Below, piece by piece: positions 11,973 through 27,442 of a stretch of 64,000 nt of DNA. The stretch comes from Rhynchobatus australiae (Eukaryota). Below the pieces are notes generated by a model. The model was not told where the DNA came from and searched no databases. It saw only the letters and a program-made list of their open reading frames with translations. Both the position numbers and the translations under genes were made by a program. The stretch lies in assembly GCA_034780895.1 (NCBI GenBank), contig JAUZTB010000002.1:68686663-68750662 (forward strand), read 5' to 3'. Each line of letters begins with the position of its first letter. The first letter of the stretch is position 1.

Positions 11973-13455
11973 TACATTTGGTACTAAGAATGACTAATAC
12001 ATGTGTTATTACTCACAGTCCAAGAATTTTTTTATAATGTTCATTGTGTTAGCTGGGTGATGCATTGGATCCAAGATGACTTCAAGAGGGAGAATATGAA
12101 AACAGAAGTGGGCTAATCAGCCCCTGGAGTCTGTTCAGCCGTTTGAACACTTCACTCATTTACCTTTAAAACATTGAAGGATGAGTGTCAATCTGACAAA
12201 AATTGGTCATTCTCACTCTTGAAATATTTGATACTTCAGCCACTTGGAAGATTTCCCCTACCCTTTGTGGAAAGAGTGCTTCATAATTTCACTCCTAAAT
12301 GGTTTAATTTGCACTTGCCAACCACTTCCTTTTCATGACCTTATCTAAACACTGGAGGTGAATTTGAGACTATTCCTTTAATTGTTGCAGACAAAAGTCA
12401 TGTGTATTACAATGTAAGTAAATAGATTAACTTAAAACTTTGGACTAATGTCATTAAGGTATTAGTAAATCAAATTCTCTGCTAAATTGAGGGGGTGGAA
12501 TTAAACTTATATAATAACTTTGTGACCCCAAATCTGGAACCTGCAGCTATGATTTCAAGCTTGNNNNNNNNNNNNNNNNNNNNNNNNNNNNNNNNNNNNN
12601 NNNNNNNNNNNNNNNNNNNNNNNNNNNTTTTACTATTTGAAAAATTGTTCTGAAATTAAAATTGATCATTGATCTAAGCCACATTTACCTACCTTGGCAG
12701 TGGCAGAAAAACAAGCAATTTTTTCTAGTTGTATATAAAATAACCTTTAACACCACCAATGAGAAAACGGTGTTATTTCAAAATTTAACATTGTTATACA
12801 ATATGAATCAAAATAAAAGATGACTTCCAAAAATCTCTCGTGTATTTGGTCTGGAAATGTTTATAGAACTCTGGACAACCTTTTATTATTGGGGTTGGTT
12901 TGTATTTGCCACTGCTTGAGAAGCAGACTTAAAATTTGACCTCAGAATGCAGAGTGTTACTTAAATTTAATCTGCTTCACTGAAATGATGCAGTTGCACT
13001 TAATGCTAAATAAGTGGGGATCAAAATACCTGGACCACCAAGGGCTATCGACTTGGTTTGAACATGGAACTGAATTTTGGGAAAGATGTAAATTTTGGGC
13101 TAGCATCTTATAGTCAAAATAAGACATTTTTATTATCTGCTGCATATCACATACTGATAACAGATGCAAACGTGGAATAGTGAATCATCTTGCCAGCTCT
13201 ACATTCTTTGGCCGGCATGTCATGCTGTGTTCCTGGTGGAATAGGGGGACAACTCATGTCACATTTTTAAGAACTAGAATTAATCCCTGAACAAATAAGT
13301 ACCACAAAATAGATTTTGGGAAAGAACAGCCAACCAAGGGTAAGCTATATGTGGTGCATTGAGTTAATGCATGTAGATTGCACTTGAGGTAGAGGAGGAA
13401 ACAGCTCCTGATGCTTTATATAGACATATTGAGAGGAAAACCAGACCAGAATAAA

Positions 13456-13716
13456 GGCAGGCATGGTAGTGTATTGGTTAACGTAATGCTATTACAGCGC
13501 CAGTGACCAGGGTTCAATTTTGGCCACTATCGGTAAGGAGTTTGTATGTTATCCCTGTGTCTGCGTGGATTTCCTCCCACATTCCAAAGGTGTACAGGTT
13601 AGGAAGTTGTGGCATGCCAGAAGCATGGTGACACATGCAGGCTGCCCCCAGAACACTCTATGCAAAAGATGTATTTCACTGTGTGTTTTGATGTGTATGT
13701 GACAACAAGATATCTT
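13456..13716 (+). mobile_element. Near full-length tRNA-derived V-SINE-type element
   Basis: A-box-like tggtagtgtattggtt, B box gggttcaatt, V-domain-like gtttgtatgttatccctgtgtctgcgtggatttcctcccacattccaaag, tail ending gtgacaacaagatatctt. Confidence 0.85.
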
Positions 13717-15944
13717 ACTACATCGTGGTGAGGGAGGGGGAAGCGATAGCTGTTCTCGTTTAATATGCTATGTCAATTTTGNNNNNNNNNNNNNNNNNNN
13801 NNNNNNNNNNNNNNTAAAAAGCTCCTTAAAATTTTGCGCAGTTGAATCTGCTGATTGTGTGACGAGGTGGGAACCAGTTCATTATTCCTAAAAGTGGATG
13901 CAGGGCTCTTTCTTTCTGCTGTTATGGAGAAGTGGGGGGCATTAATGTTGCTTGATGGTGTGTGATCTTTAAAAACTTGCTAATTTTTTAGTTCTTTGGA
14001 ACATATTGTAAACTTGTAATAAGAAACTGATGCGCAAGCATCATGGTGCAACAGTACGTCAGGGTTATTATGATGTTTTAGCATCAATAGTTATTGTTTG
14101 CTACAGTTCTTGATTATCATTCAGCATTCACAGATGCACCATTTCCAGTTATGGCCACTAGTTTTGAATAGAAGCAGACCAAAACCAGATTTGGTTTGTT
14201 TTGTCCTTCTCCCCATCTGTTGATAATGATAACGTCTTTATTGCCTGCCTGGTACAGATCAGTTAACATTGGATGGCCCAGATATTTAATTTGGGATGAA
14301 CTGACTCACTACATCCTGTGGTATTCTGATTGAGACCTCAAGGAAAATATTTAGTTTGTCTGACATTATGGTTATGTACAACACAACAAACTAATTACAT
14401 TGGCACCCAAAACTGGGCAAACAAACAAGCTATGTATTATGTTTCTTGCTGTCATTTTTCCACTTTCTGCAATTGCCCTTTCACTCACTTCTCCTCACAG
14501 CAATAGCTTAGAATTTGCCATGCTGCTGATAAAGAATCATTGTACCTGGTTCTTGAAAATATTGTGTTGCTCAGTTGTAGAATCCTGTAATCCCTAATTA
14601 AGTTCAGCTGTTCCCCAAAACGTAATTATCTACAAGGCGACTCGTATTGGGTTGTGGAACATGAATTTATCATGCTCAAATGAACTACAGCAGTAGTACA
14701 AATACAGTATGACTAGGAGAACTTGGGAAAGAAAATGAAACTACTTGTCCTGCTGAAATTGCCAAAAAACAGTTTAAAATGTTCCCATGAACCTTGTTTT
14801 CAGTTTCATCAAAGTTGTATGCAACAAATTACTATGGGCACAATGAGTCTAAATAGGAATTGAAAGACTTTGAAATAAAATGATGCACACTGAAAGATCT
14901 ATACTGATACAGTACATGCTGTGTGAAGTGATTCATTATTTTTATATTAAAACAATAAAAACACAAAACAGCAATTTTCACTGTTATTCCCCCCCCCCCC
15001 CAACATTTTGATTGTTACATTTGGCAGCAGTCAACACCCAATATAGCCCAAGAGTGTCTGAATTGTGCCCTTGCAACACACAGGCTTAAGCAACTTTGCA
15101 CTTAACATTTTTAAGGTTCTCAAGCAAGGAGAAACAGTTCTCTGAAATTTGACCAACTATTGAGATTGCTCTTTTCCCACTCCCTTTAAATTGCACTCTT
15201 GTTATTGTCCCCTCACTCATCATGGAGAGGAAGTCAATTCTTACTAATCAAATCAACTAACTCAACAGATATCCACAAAAGTGGATGCATCATGATCTGT
15301 AATGTTTTACTGATAACCAGGTAACTTGAATGTTGGAATATGGTTGAGAATGTGGAGCATGACTACTTTGAAAGTACATGTAGCAAAAATACAAATCTCT
15401 AAAGCTAATTGGTTGATATTTTTGATCTATGTATTATGATCAATGTATACAGTGTCCCTTTTGTGTTTTGCTCCTACCCATGGCATTTATTTCATGTATT
15501 AGAATGTAGAAATATAATGTCATAAATGGTTATACTATAATGTTATGCATGCTTTTTGTGCAGTTTCTGCTATTCATTATACATGATTTCAAATCAAGTG
15601 GTCTAATTTCAACTTGCAACAATTTGAACAAAAGATTCTTTAGAAACCTCAAATTCAGAAAATGCAAAATGGATTTGAGGATTGGCATTTATGATTCTGG
15701 GGGAAAACTTCGTGATGCTATACTTCAAGTAAATTTTCCAAAATGGGGGGATAAATTAGTCATCTGGGAATATAGGTCAGTGGGATTGATTTGCAACATC
15801 TTCAGGTCTTGGTCTGCAACTGTCTTGTTTCTGTTAGTAGGACTTCTTACTAATAGAATTGTTCTCTGTTGTCCAACTGGTTGGAATTTTGTACTCTGTT
15901 TACTCCCTTTTGATGTTTCTCATTTGCCCATTTTGCATAGATAA

Positions 15945-16100
<156 letters not shown>

Positions 16101-16524
16101 TAATGCTGTAAATCCATTGTTTTTATAAGAAGTTTAATGAATTGTGGTGGTTTTTAAATAAAAACATAAACATTCTGCTAAAAATACAGAAGAGCATCAG
16201 TTTAATAATTGCATTTTTACGCACGAGATGGACACTGAAAGTAATTCAAACTATTTTGGAGGTAGGGACTCTTTTTGTGGAACTGGGAACCAGGAAATTA
16301 CTCAGTAGTGAGAAATGTGTTTGATTCTTTAAAAAAAAAGATTCTGGTAGCAGTAGGGTATTCTTTGATTAGGTCTACATATGGACTGGGTATTGACTGC
16401 AAGTAGATATCCTAAATAAGACATTGTCCTCTTGGTATTAGCTTTAAAGATATCACAGGATGGGTGTAAGTTACCAAGAAAAGCAGGAGGAATTGATAGA
16501 TGCAAACTTGTACTGAAATGTGTG

Positions 16525-16820
16525 TAATAGAGTCATACAGCATGAAAACAGGCATTTCGGCCCAGCTCATCCGTACGGACTGCGTTGCCCAGCACACTAG
16601 TCCCATCTGCCCACACTTGGCCCATACCACTCTAAACCTCTCCTATCCATGTACTTATCTAGATGGCTTTTAAGTGTTGCTAATGTGCTTGCCTCAAGCA
16701 CTATTTCTGGCAGCTCATTCCAAGTATGCATCACCCTTTGCGTGAAGAAGCTGCTGATGTCCCTTCTAAATCTCTCACCTCTAATCTTAAACGCATGTCC
16801 TCCCTGGGGGAAAAAGACCA
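16525..16820 (-). mobile_element. CR1/HER1 LINE 3' end
   Basis: ORF 16597-16836 gives GHAFKIRGERF...FFTQRVMHTWNELPE...LDKYM, the CR1 ORF2 C-terminus, followed by the 3' tail. Confidence 0.9.
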
Positions 16821-17059
16821 TGTAATGCAGCGACATAAGTATTTTTGAGGCTCTGTGAAGGAAATTTTACAGGTTTGGTTATAGACTGACAAGCATTACT
16901 TCAGGGATAATTGCAAAGTGCTGCTTGTGTCACTGCTGCACTTCATTTGATCTGATAAATGGTTGTGTCATTATGCTGCACCAAAAGATTGAATGTTCTA
17001 AAATACAGTTGTCAAGGTTTTGCACTTAAGATTATCTGCAAATAAAAAGCAAATTTTAA

Positions 17060-17281
<222 letters not shown>

Positions 17282-17569
17282 TAATGTTTTATGTAGTCCT
17301 GCTGGATTTATGAGAATGTACCAAATAATTTATAAACACTTCAAAACTGAGCTGAAAATGTTTTTATTGCATTTTTTTAGTACTCAAACTTATTGTCGTG
17401 TATTTTCTTAAAATGGTTTAGAAACTGCTCTGATCTCATTACTTGTTTATTGATTGACTGCGTATTTTGTAATGAGTTGTGGTTGGACTCACTTCAACTT
17501 TTATCTTTTAATATTCATGTTATTATTTTACATGTCCTTTCCATACGGAAAATATAGCAAGCCACGTAT

Positions 17570-18200
17570 TAGCATATTCCATTACGCCAGAGATGGTGCA
17601 AGTTAGGAAGTGTGCTGCAGAGTTTTGAATAAACTGTTGACTGGGGGATAGAAGAATGCAGCTTGGCTGAGAGTGGATAATCCAGTTTGGGGAAACAGCC
17701 TTGGGTGAAGATTTCAACAGCAGATAAATTGAGGCAGTGGCTGATCTAGGTGATAGTATAGATGTGCACTGCAAAGTTCATTACTGAACCAAATTAGACT
17801 GCAAATTTTTTCTTTTGTGACCTTGGACGATAATTTGGGTAGCTAAGGGATGGTGAATGTGGCAGAGATCGGTGTTTATGGCAGGGATTAAAGGTGTTGG
17901 CTTTGTTATTTAGTTGACATCTTTTTCTCATCTACAATTGGATTTCAGACAAGTTGAAAAAGAATGTAGAGAAGTCAGGTGATGGAATGAAGCTCGTCGT
18001 CATTAGTGTACCTGTGTAAATTGACTCCATTGCAAATGATGTTACTTGAGATGACAGATGAGAAATTGATGGAGACAGGGATAGATCCTTGATGTAAATA
18101 ATGGTGCAAGAATAAAAAGAGAAGTTCTTATGGACGAATCACTCTTACTAACCAGGTGGATATGATTGAAACAAAGTGAATGCAGTCCCACTCAGATTGC
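17570..18200 (-). mobile_element. Decayed L2-type LINE fragment
   Basis: QFIQNSAAHFLT (ORF 17523-17774) resembles L2 ORF2 QLIQNSAAR; similar relics at 40480-40680 and 46000-46830. Confidence 0.55.
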
Positions 18201-18290
18201 TGAATGTCAGAATACTTAAAACCATGCTATAAGGAGGAGCTGATGTGTTGAAATTTGAATCCAAAATACTTTGAATCTGTTTCTTTATAG

Positions 18291-18452
<162 letters not shown>

Positions 18453-19689
18453 TGATAAAATTGTTAACTTGAGTTCCAGTAATTTTTGAGTGACCATTCA
18501 GTTAATCTTAGTAATAAAGAAACTAAAAGTTAATATCCAACATAACTGAGATTTTTCTGGTACATTGCTGGTGCTAAAACAGCTGAGGAGTGCATCAACA
18601 CTCAGATTTTGTTCTCAGTTATTTGGATACAACTGATCTCAATGAGTGTCTTAAGTGATGTGCATAAGTGAAATGGAAGCAAAGTAATTTTAAGATGTAA
18701 AGTAGCTGTCATTTTCCTGTCCAATAATATCTTGCCTTGTCAAGGGATGTGCTTTCTGCCACCTAAATTGTGTATTCTGGAATTTCATTCCGAAATTTCT
18801 TGATGTAAATATGTTGGTCAATTAAAAATTGCCAAGTGGGAACAGGTGTGGCAACATTATTGCTTTCTTTTTAGCAGAATGTGTCTTGCATGTATTCAAA
18901 AACTACAGGTGAACTAGCTCATCAATAAATTTCATTACATCAGGAGTGAAGAAGTGTACTGAACTCTCCATTTAATTCAGTGTCTTTCCACCTTTCACTG
19001 GTTAAAGAAGCAATATTCAGTAGGGTTAAACAACTTTGTTTTAGCCACTGTGTTTCCAACACATAAATAAACTAATGACTGTTTGGTTGCATTTATTATT
19101 TGAAAACACAATTTAGCCACCTCTAAATTTTCAATTAGCCAGATGTGAATTGTAGCTGATGTACTGGATAGCGGTGTTTTAGCACAGAGTTGATAGGTGA
19201 TGTAAACATCTGTGATAAACAATTTGCATTTCTAGAGTGCCTTTTCTCGGTAGCTTCATGTTTTTACTTTCATTTGTAATATCTAAGAATAATTCAAACA
19301 GTAGCCAAGTACAGGGCTGCTAGCTTAGCAGTAAGTGAGGTATTGATTAACACACGTTGTACTTTGTATATAAGGCAACTTTTTATTTTCTTGACTGGCT
19401 GTAGTTTGGTTGAGTCATCTGATTGGTCTGTGGGATATGAACTAAACAAAGATCAAAATAGACAGTAGAGCAGCTCTTATTTTTCAAACAGTGCAGTCTT
19501 CTCCATAAAATGTAATTTGTATAGGTTGATTTTAATTTAGTGTTTTTTGTCCTTTACAAACAATTAAATGCATCAAATTGCTATCATAATAGTAAACTAA
19601 CTGTTTGGAATTCCAAGGTAAGCTTGTTCTTCAGTAAGCTTCATTCCATCAGGAGTAATGAAGTATACCAGGTAATTTTACTATAATTA

Positions 19690-20400
19690 CTAATGGAGAG
19701 CTATTTCTTTGACTGGAGGTCTGTGACCGGTGGTGTTCTGAAGAATCAGTGCTGGGACCTCAGTTATAAATGATATGGGTGAAAGTGTAGATCTAATTAA
19801 TAAGTTAGCAGATAACATGAAAATCTGTGGAGTTGTCGATAGTGAGGAATGATAGAGCAGGGTATGGATGAGCTAGAAATTTGGGCAGAGAAATGGCAGA
19901 TGGGCTATAATCCAGATAAGTGTGAGGTGTTGCATTTTGGGAGGTCAAATACAGTAGGAAAGTATACAGTAAATGGCATGTCCCTTGGGAGCATTAATGC
20001 ACAGAGGCATCTTGGTGCAAGTCCATTACTCCCTGAAAGTGGTGGTAAAGAAGGCATACAGCATGCTTGCATTCATTGGTCAGGGCATTGTGTATAAAAG
20101 TTGAGAAATCGTGTTTGAGGGTGTGGAGTATTGTGTGCAGTTTTGGTCGCTGCATTACAGGAAGGATGTGAAGGCTTTGGGGAAGATGCACAAGGTCTGG
20201 ATTAGAGAGTATCAGCTGTAAGTAGAGTTGGGCAGAGATTGTTTTCTCTGAACGCCTGAGGCTGAGGGACGATCTGGTAGAAGTGTATAACATTGACAGA
20301 TACAGAGAGGGTAGATAGATGGAATCTTTTTCCCAAGGTGGCATTATGAGAGGGTGTAAGTTTAAGGTGAGAGGGTGTGGGGTGAGTTGACGGTGACAGG
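19690..20400 (+). mobile_element. CR1 LINE ORF2 3' fragment
   Basis: WAEKWQMGYNPDKCEVLHFGRSN (ORF 19849-20097), EYCVQFW motif. Confidence 0.9.
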
Positions 20401-20539
20401 AATGGACAAATATATGAATTTGCAAATTTCAATTGTACCATGTAGATGAACGGTGGTAGTAGACGACTCAATGTATGTGTGAATACAGCTTAATGAAACT
20501 ATGATAGACATTTGCTGTAATGTAAACAAAAATACCTTG

Positions 20540-21165
20540 CATGATAGGCCAGCCCAGAAGGTTAAGGCACAGAGAACCAAGAGTGTTTTAGCAAACTGGA
20601 TCCAAGATAGGATGGTGGTAGGAGGCAGAGGGTAATGGTGGATGGGTGTTTTTCTGACTGGGTCTGTAACAAGTGTTGTAATGTAGGGATCAGTGCTGGG
20701 ACCTTTGTTGTTTGTAATATCTATAAATGACATAGTTGGAATGCTGGTGGTCTGATTCGTAAGTTTGCAGATGACACAAACTGGTGGATTTGTAGATACT
20801 GTACAAGTTTGTCTAAGGATACAGTGGGATGTAGAAGAGCTTTGGGCAGAGTGGTGGCAGATGGAATTTAATCCAGATAATTGTTTCGGAAGTCAGATTC
20901 TGGTAGGACATGCAGAATAAATGGTAGGGACTTTAAGAATGTTGATGTACAGAGGGATCTTGGGGTGCAGGTCCGTAGCTCACTTAATGTGGCAACCATT
21001 GTTGGATAGAGGAGTAAAGAAGGCATTTGGCCGAGGATAAGAATCGCAGCGGTATGTTGCAGCTGTACAAAACATTGATTTAGTTGCAGTTGAAGTATTG
21101 TGTACACTTCTGGTTACCACAATGCAGAAAGGATGTGGTAGCAATAGATGAGTGCAGAAGTGACT
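20540..21165 (+). mobile_element. Second CR1 ORF2 fragment
   Basis: GSVLGPLLFVISIND and KFADDTK RT motifs with frameshifts. Confidence 0.85.
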
Positions 21166-22418
21166 TCTTTAGAAATAAGCTGTTGTAGCGGCTAGCTACA
21201 CTGAATAAAGACACGAGACACTTGTTTGAAGTCCAAGAGTCGAATGAACGACTGGNNNNNNNNNNNNNNNNNNNNNNNNNNNNNNNNNNNNNNNNNNNNN
21301 NNNNNNNNNNNNNNNNNNNNNNNNNNNNNNNNNNNNNNNNNNNNNNNNNNNNNNNNNNNNNNNNNNNNNNNNNNNNNNNNNNNNNNNNNNNNNNNNNNNN
21401 NNNNNNNNNNNNNNNNNNNNNNNNNNNNNNNNNNNNNNNNNNNNNNNNNNNNNNNNNNNNNNNNNNNNNNNNNNNNNNNNNNNNNNNNNNNNNNNNNNNN
21501 NNNNNNNNNNNNNNNNNNNNNNNNNNNNNNNNNNNNNNNNNNNNNNNNNNNNNNNNNNNNNNNNNNNNNNNNNNNNNNNNNNNNNNNNNNNNNNNNNNNN
21601 NNNNNNNNNNNNNNNNNNNNNNNNGTTGAGTCTTTTTTTATTTTCCTGAATGTATGATTCTCTTTCCTTTTTCATATTGCCTTTTTTCTCTCCTTTCTTA
21701 CCCTTAATGTTCCAGAGAAATTAACAGAACCTGTGGACATGATTGTAGCTCGCATCAGTCTGTCCTATTTTTTGCAGTGAATGGCACTGTCATGGTTTTT
21801 CCCCATAGAACTGTCTCCACCTGTTCTAGCATAGAGCTACTTTTCCCTTATGGGGAAAATAGAATGCTTCCTGCCTCAAACAGTAACATTTCATTTAACC
21901 CCTCCTTCAATACTCGATGTTATTTTAAACTGAGTGCCCAACTTTATTGAATGCTCAGCCAGAGAAAGTATTTTCATTTCAGTCTACCATGACTTCACTG
22001 ATATTGTCTATTTTTCCAACATTAGACTCTGTTAGGTATTATAGTCTATTCAATCATGGGTAGTTTAGCAACTGAGCCAAATCTGTGCTCTGCAACACAG
22101 TCTAGCATTTGATGTAGCATTCCTGGTTGATTTCAGCTTTACACACCTTTTGGATTGAGCAAGATCATTTTGTTTTAATGTTAATCAATTCCATACAGTG
22201 TATCACTGGTGCTCGGAGTTTAATTTTACTGTTTCCAAATGCAGGTTTTGGGTATATTAGGTACAACTACAAAATAGTAACCAGTTTACAGGTGGGTAAT
22301 ATATGGGTGTTTATGATAACCTATTTTAGATTATGTGCTAAAAAATACTTGTTTAATGGCACTATTCAACACAATGCATGCAAATAATTCACAATTATTA
22401 AAAATACAAGAATTCTAA

Positions 22419-22709
<291 letters not shown>

Positions 22710-23866
22710 TAACTAACAGGCAAAAGATATTAAATGTTTAACAGTTTTTGGAAACACCTTTTTTTAAATTTGTGTGTTAAAATTATTACCATTGTGCATT
22801 GAAGATCTTCATGGTATTGAAGTCTTAATTTGGCTGATTTATGATTTGCATGTAATTTGTATAAACGGCCTGTATTTTAATAATTGTAGAAAAAAAATTC
22901 TCCTACAATCATTAAAATTGTTCATTGATTTTGCTATCTAAAGATTAAAACAGTTTCATCTTTTCATGACTTCAGAATGTAACTGAATATTTCATGTGCT
23001 AATTTGCAATTTTTCATGAAATGGTAGTTGTTCCCTGACTCGGTTTCTGTCATGTACATTGGCACTTATATTTACATTCTTGATCTTCAAAGTTGGTACG
23101 GTAACAAATATCCATATAGCAGCAATCACTGTTTCTTCACAATCAGCTTATTTTGTAGTGCTTTCAAAATGTTTGCTTAATTTCGAGGTGCATTGTATGA
23201 TCATAGAATTTCAATATCAAAGCATTAATTCTATTGGATATTGTTTAATTCTGCTTGGCAACTTTANNNNNNNNNNNNNNNNNNNNNNNNNNNNNNNNNN
23301 NNNNNNNNNNNNNNNNNNNNNNNNNNNNNNNNNNNNNNNNNNNNNNNNNNNNNNNNNNNNNNNNNNAACTTTATTAGTTTTGTGCAAATATTGCTAGCTG
23401 GGTTTCAATTTGGAATTCGGTACATGCTTTTATTCCAGTCTTTGAACATAAAAGCAAATTAATAACTTAAGTTTTTTTTCTGGCAATTGCAATTTTTCTT
23501 ATTGCAAGTCATCCAGTACAGTAATTTTTGCTTGAGCAATAATAATTACCAAAAATGTAGATTAATCTGATAAGTTTGTTCAGAAATAATTCAGTGTGAT
23601 AAATTGATAACAACTTTTATCAAATTTAATGCAGATTTATACATTTTATCTTGCAATTGCTGTAAATTAGCTTCCATTTGTTTCTGACTACACTGGCACT
23701 AAAATGAATTATGTTCATTAAAGTACTGATCTTTTGGAAAATGCAGAGTGTTTTCGTTCCATGGATTTTATTTTAATGGTAAAAGTGCAGTTAAAACATC
23801 AGTATGTGATATTATGACTTCAGTGTTTGGATTATTTTATGTTATAAAGAATGTTCTCTTTCATAA

Positions 23867-24067
<201 letters not shown>

Positions 24068-24917
24068 TAAAGTAAATAAAAGGAGCTGATGGTTAAAAAT
24101 GTTTTTCATGACATTTAATTTCTCACGATTAGTATGTATTCTTTTGTGGTAGCTAAATCCCATCTTTCCTCTTGAAAGACAAATTTTGGACTATAGGAGT
24201 GTCATTTTTAAGAGCTGGCAGGAAAATGGTGTTGAGGTTAAGATCATTTTAACCATGATTTTAAGTGGCAGAGCAGGCTTGAGGTGCCATAGTGCCCAGA
24301 CTACTGTTTCTTAAGTTCTTAGAAGCTAATTAGAACTTAATTGCAGTTGCAAACATGATACATTGCTAACCATTTTGTTAATTGTTCAATAATGGGATGT
24401 GGGTGTCTATGACAAGGACAATGTTTATTCGCCATCTCTAATTGCCCTTTAGAAGATGGTGGAAAGATGTCATGTTGAATAATCTGTGGGTTGATTTACT
24501 GCAGTTTGGGTTCTCCACCATTCATGATGTGGTAGGACTGTAGAGCTTTTGATCTGATTTCATGGTTGTGAGGTTGGATAGTTTTGTCTTTAACTCGCTG
24601 CTTTTGTGGTTCACCATCCATATAGTGCTACCCTGCAGTTTTACCACTTTGGCACTTCGTTTTTAGTTGCTGTTCCTGGCATGCTTTTCTGAACAAATCA
24701 TTAAACCAGGGTTGGGCCCCCAATTCAATGGTACTAAGAGTGAGAGATATGGTAGATTATAAGGTTAAAGATGAGTGTTATAATACAATGCTATTACTTC
24801 TGATCACAGATAACAAAGTTTGTGTTTTTGATACTGTATCCATTCTTAGTCCATTTCTAATTTATCCCATGGGTGTCCAGTTTCCTGATAAATCATTCAA
24901 TCAGAATTACAGTTAAT

Positions 24918-25022
24918 AAATAAAAACAGAAAATGCTGGAAATATTTAGCAGCTCAGGCCCCACCTGTACAGAGAGAAAAAGAGTCACTGTTTTACGTGG
25001 ATGATCGCTCCTCAGAACTACA
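24918..25022 (-). mobile_element. Penelope-type terminal repeat relic
   Basis: aaataaaaacagaaaatgctggaaatatttagcagctcagg; similar to 49470-49590 and 57800-57880. Confidence 0.6.
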
Positions 25023-27118
25023 CAAGGTTAGAAATAGTGTGTTTTAAGTTGTAGAGAGAAGTTAATTCCTAATTTCCCATTCTCATTACTTAATCAATAA
25101 TCTTTGTCATTTAAGCCCCAGTCACTTTTGTTTGTGATTTATGTCCACATTCATTACTTCAGATTGCATGCAATCAGTGCTTTCACTTTCCATTCTATGA
25201 AGCAAAAGTCATGTCTGTTGGAATTTAATTCAAATATAAAATGCCTCAAATATACAAAAATGCAGGACCAGATCATTTCACTCCTTGCATCTGTTCCACT
25301 GTTCATTTATTCTATAATCCCCTTAATATTTGTGGTTACAGGAAACAAAATTAACAATTGTGTTGGCATCAATTATCATTTACGAAGGAGCTTCTACCAT
25401 TCTCTGTATTTGGAGGAGTTTTTCATAACTTCACACCTGAACAGTCTGGCTATAGTGTTCAGGTGAATCCCCAGTCTCTCATCTTTATCATGTTAACTTC
25501 TGAGATTACAGAGAATACAGGTTCAGTTGATAATTTGCATGGACTCCAATTATCTTAGTAAATGGTCACACCCTCCAAGGTTAATAACTTTATACTGTGT
25601 GGTGCTTAGAACAGCAACTGAACTGTAGCTGTAGGTTTATTTCTAAACCCTGTGCTGCAGACCCTTAAGTGCCAGCATTCTCTAATTTTGTGTATTTTCT
25701 GAACAATAAATGCCATTTTACTTTCTAGCCTTTAGGCCTCTAATGATTCTAGTTCTTCAGCTTCTAAAAATTGCATTGGACATTAAAAGATGGAGCAAAG
25801 GTTCCTACATTGGAATCCACTTTGCACAGTTTGCCACAGTCTTGACTGTCAGAGTCTTCATCGGCCTTGGATTGTGACTAGCCTTCCCATTACTGGAATT
25901 ATTTATAAATGCCATTTATAACTGCAGTCCCAAAATATCCATCCAATCTGAGTGCCTCCCCATTGTTCCCATTATCTGTCTTCCACCATTTTGCATTCAG
26001 GTCATTAATTTCACTAGAATTTCATAGGCCGTAATTTTGCCTGTTGCATGTGAAGGACTTTTATTTTGTAACTCTGGAAATCATACAAGTAACATCCAAA
26101 GATATTCTGCTCTCCGTAACTTTAGTCACTCCTTCAGAAAACATTGTTTTGGTATCATCAGACTTGATCCAGGCTGGATCTTCTAATCAGTTGAAAATTT
26201 TAAGTCTGTTAACTCATTATTTCGTTTATTATTAGCTGCTTCCTTATGGTATATTTTAGGCCACCAGATTGATAATGTGGTTTTTTATTTTCTTTCTCCT
26301 TTAGTTTGGAAAATGGTCCATCTCAATTGTCTGTTTAAGATGGGAATGATTTGAATTGGATTATCAGAGTTAGAACACTTGCTGCAGTCTCACCCATCTC
26401 CATTAAACCACAGGAATAAAAATACACAAATCCTATGGACTTGTGGCTTTTCAGTGACAATATTTTGACACTTATTCTGCTTACACAGACAAGTCTGTCC
26501 TTGATTTATTTCCTTGGAATATCCTGCACACTTTGCCTTTCTTCTGTTTGAAATAGGGATGCAAATTCTGTCTATTTGTACTGTATTTACAGCATTAGAA
26601 TTGGCCTGATTTTGGTGTTTTCCATGATGTTCTCATTAAGAAATTGTGTTATGGCACTTTTTGAAAAGTAAGAGTTGAATCATAGTATATTGTTCTCCAA
26701 GACATTTGCAGAGACTGAAAATGTGCTTTGTTCAGAGAATGTTTCTTAAGGTGTCTCATCTCCTTTGTACAGTTCTTTCCCCTTCACCTCTGGAGGCCTA
26801 CAACTTCTGATTTGGAGGGATGGACAACTATTAGAACTTAAAGTTAATTTTAGAATTATTCTTTCCTGTCACTTTTTCTCTTCAACCATTGGGCTTCACA
26901 AAATATAATTTTAACCAAAACTAATATACTAGTTAAATGGATGGGAAGTCTGTTTTCGAATACTTCTTTGTAATCTTAGGACGTTTGAATAGCTCATTTG
27001 GTGACTTTTGTATCTCGACTCAAGTCTCCAGTCAGTAACATAATTTACTCAACTTCATAATTCAAGCTTCTGTATTTTATAACTGCTGCTATGATTAGTG
27101 TGGCTGGAAAAAAAGTAA

Positions 27119-27442
<324 letters not shown>

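Noticed and set aside
13456-13530. tRNA gene
   Set aside because: A/B boxes run directly into a SINE core and tail; no cloverleaf.
15540-15944. 134-aa ORF just upstream of exon 2 as a possible exon 1
   Set aside because: No similarity to the ROCK N-terminus, AT-rich intronic composition, and it ends in a stop inside the acceptor region.
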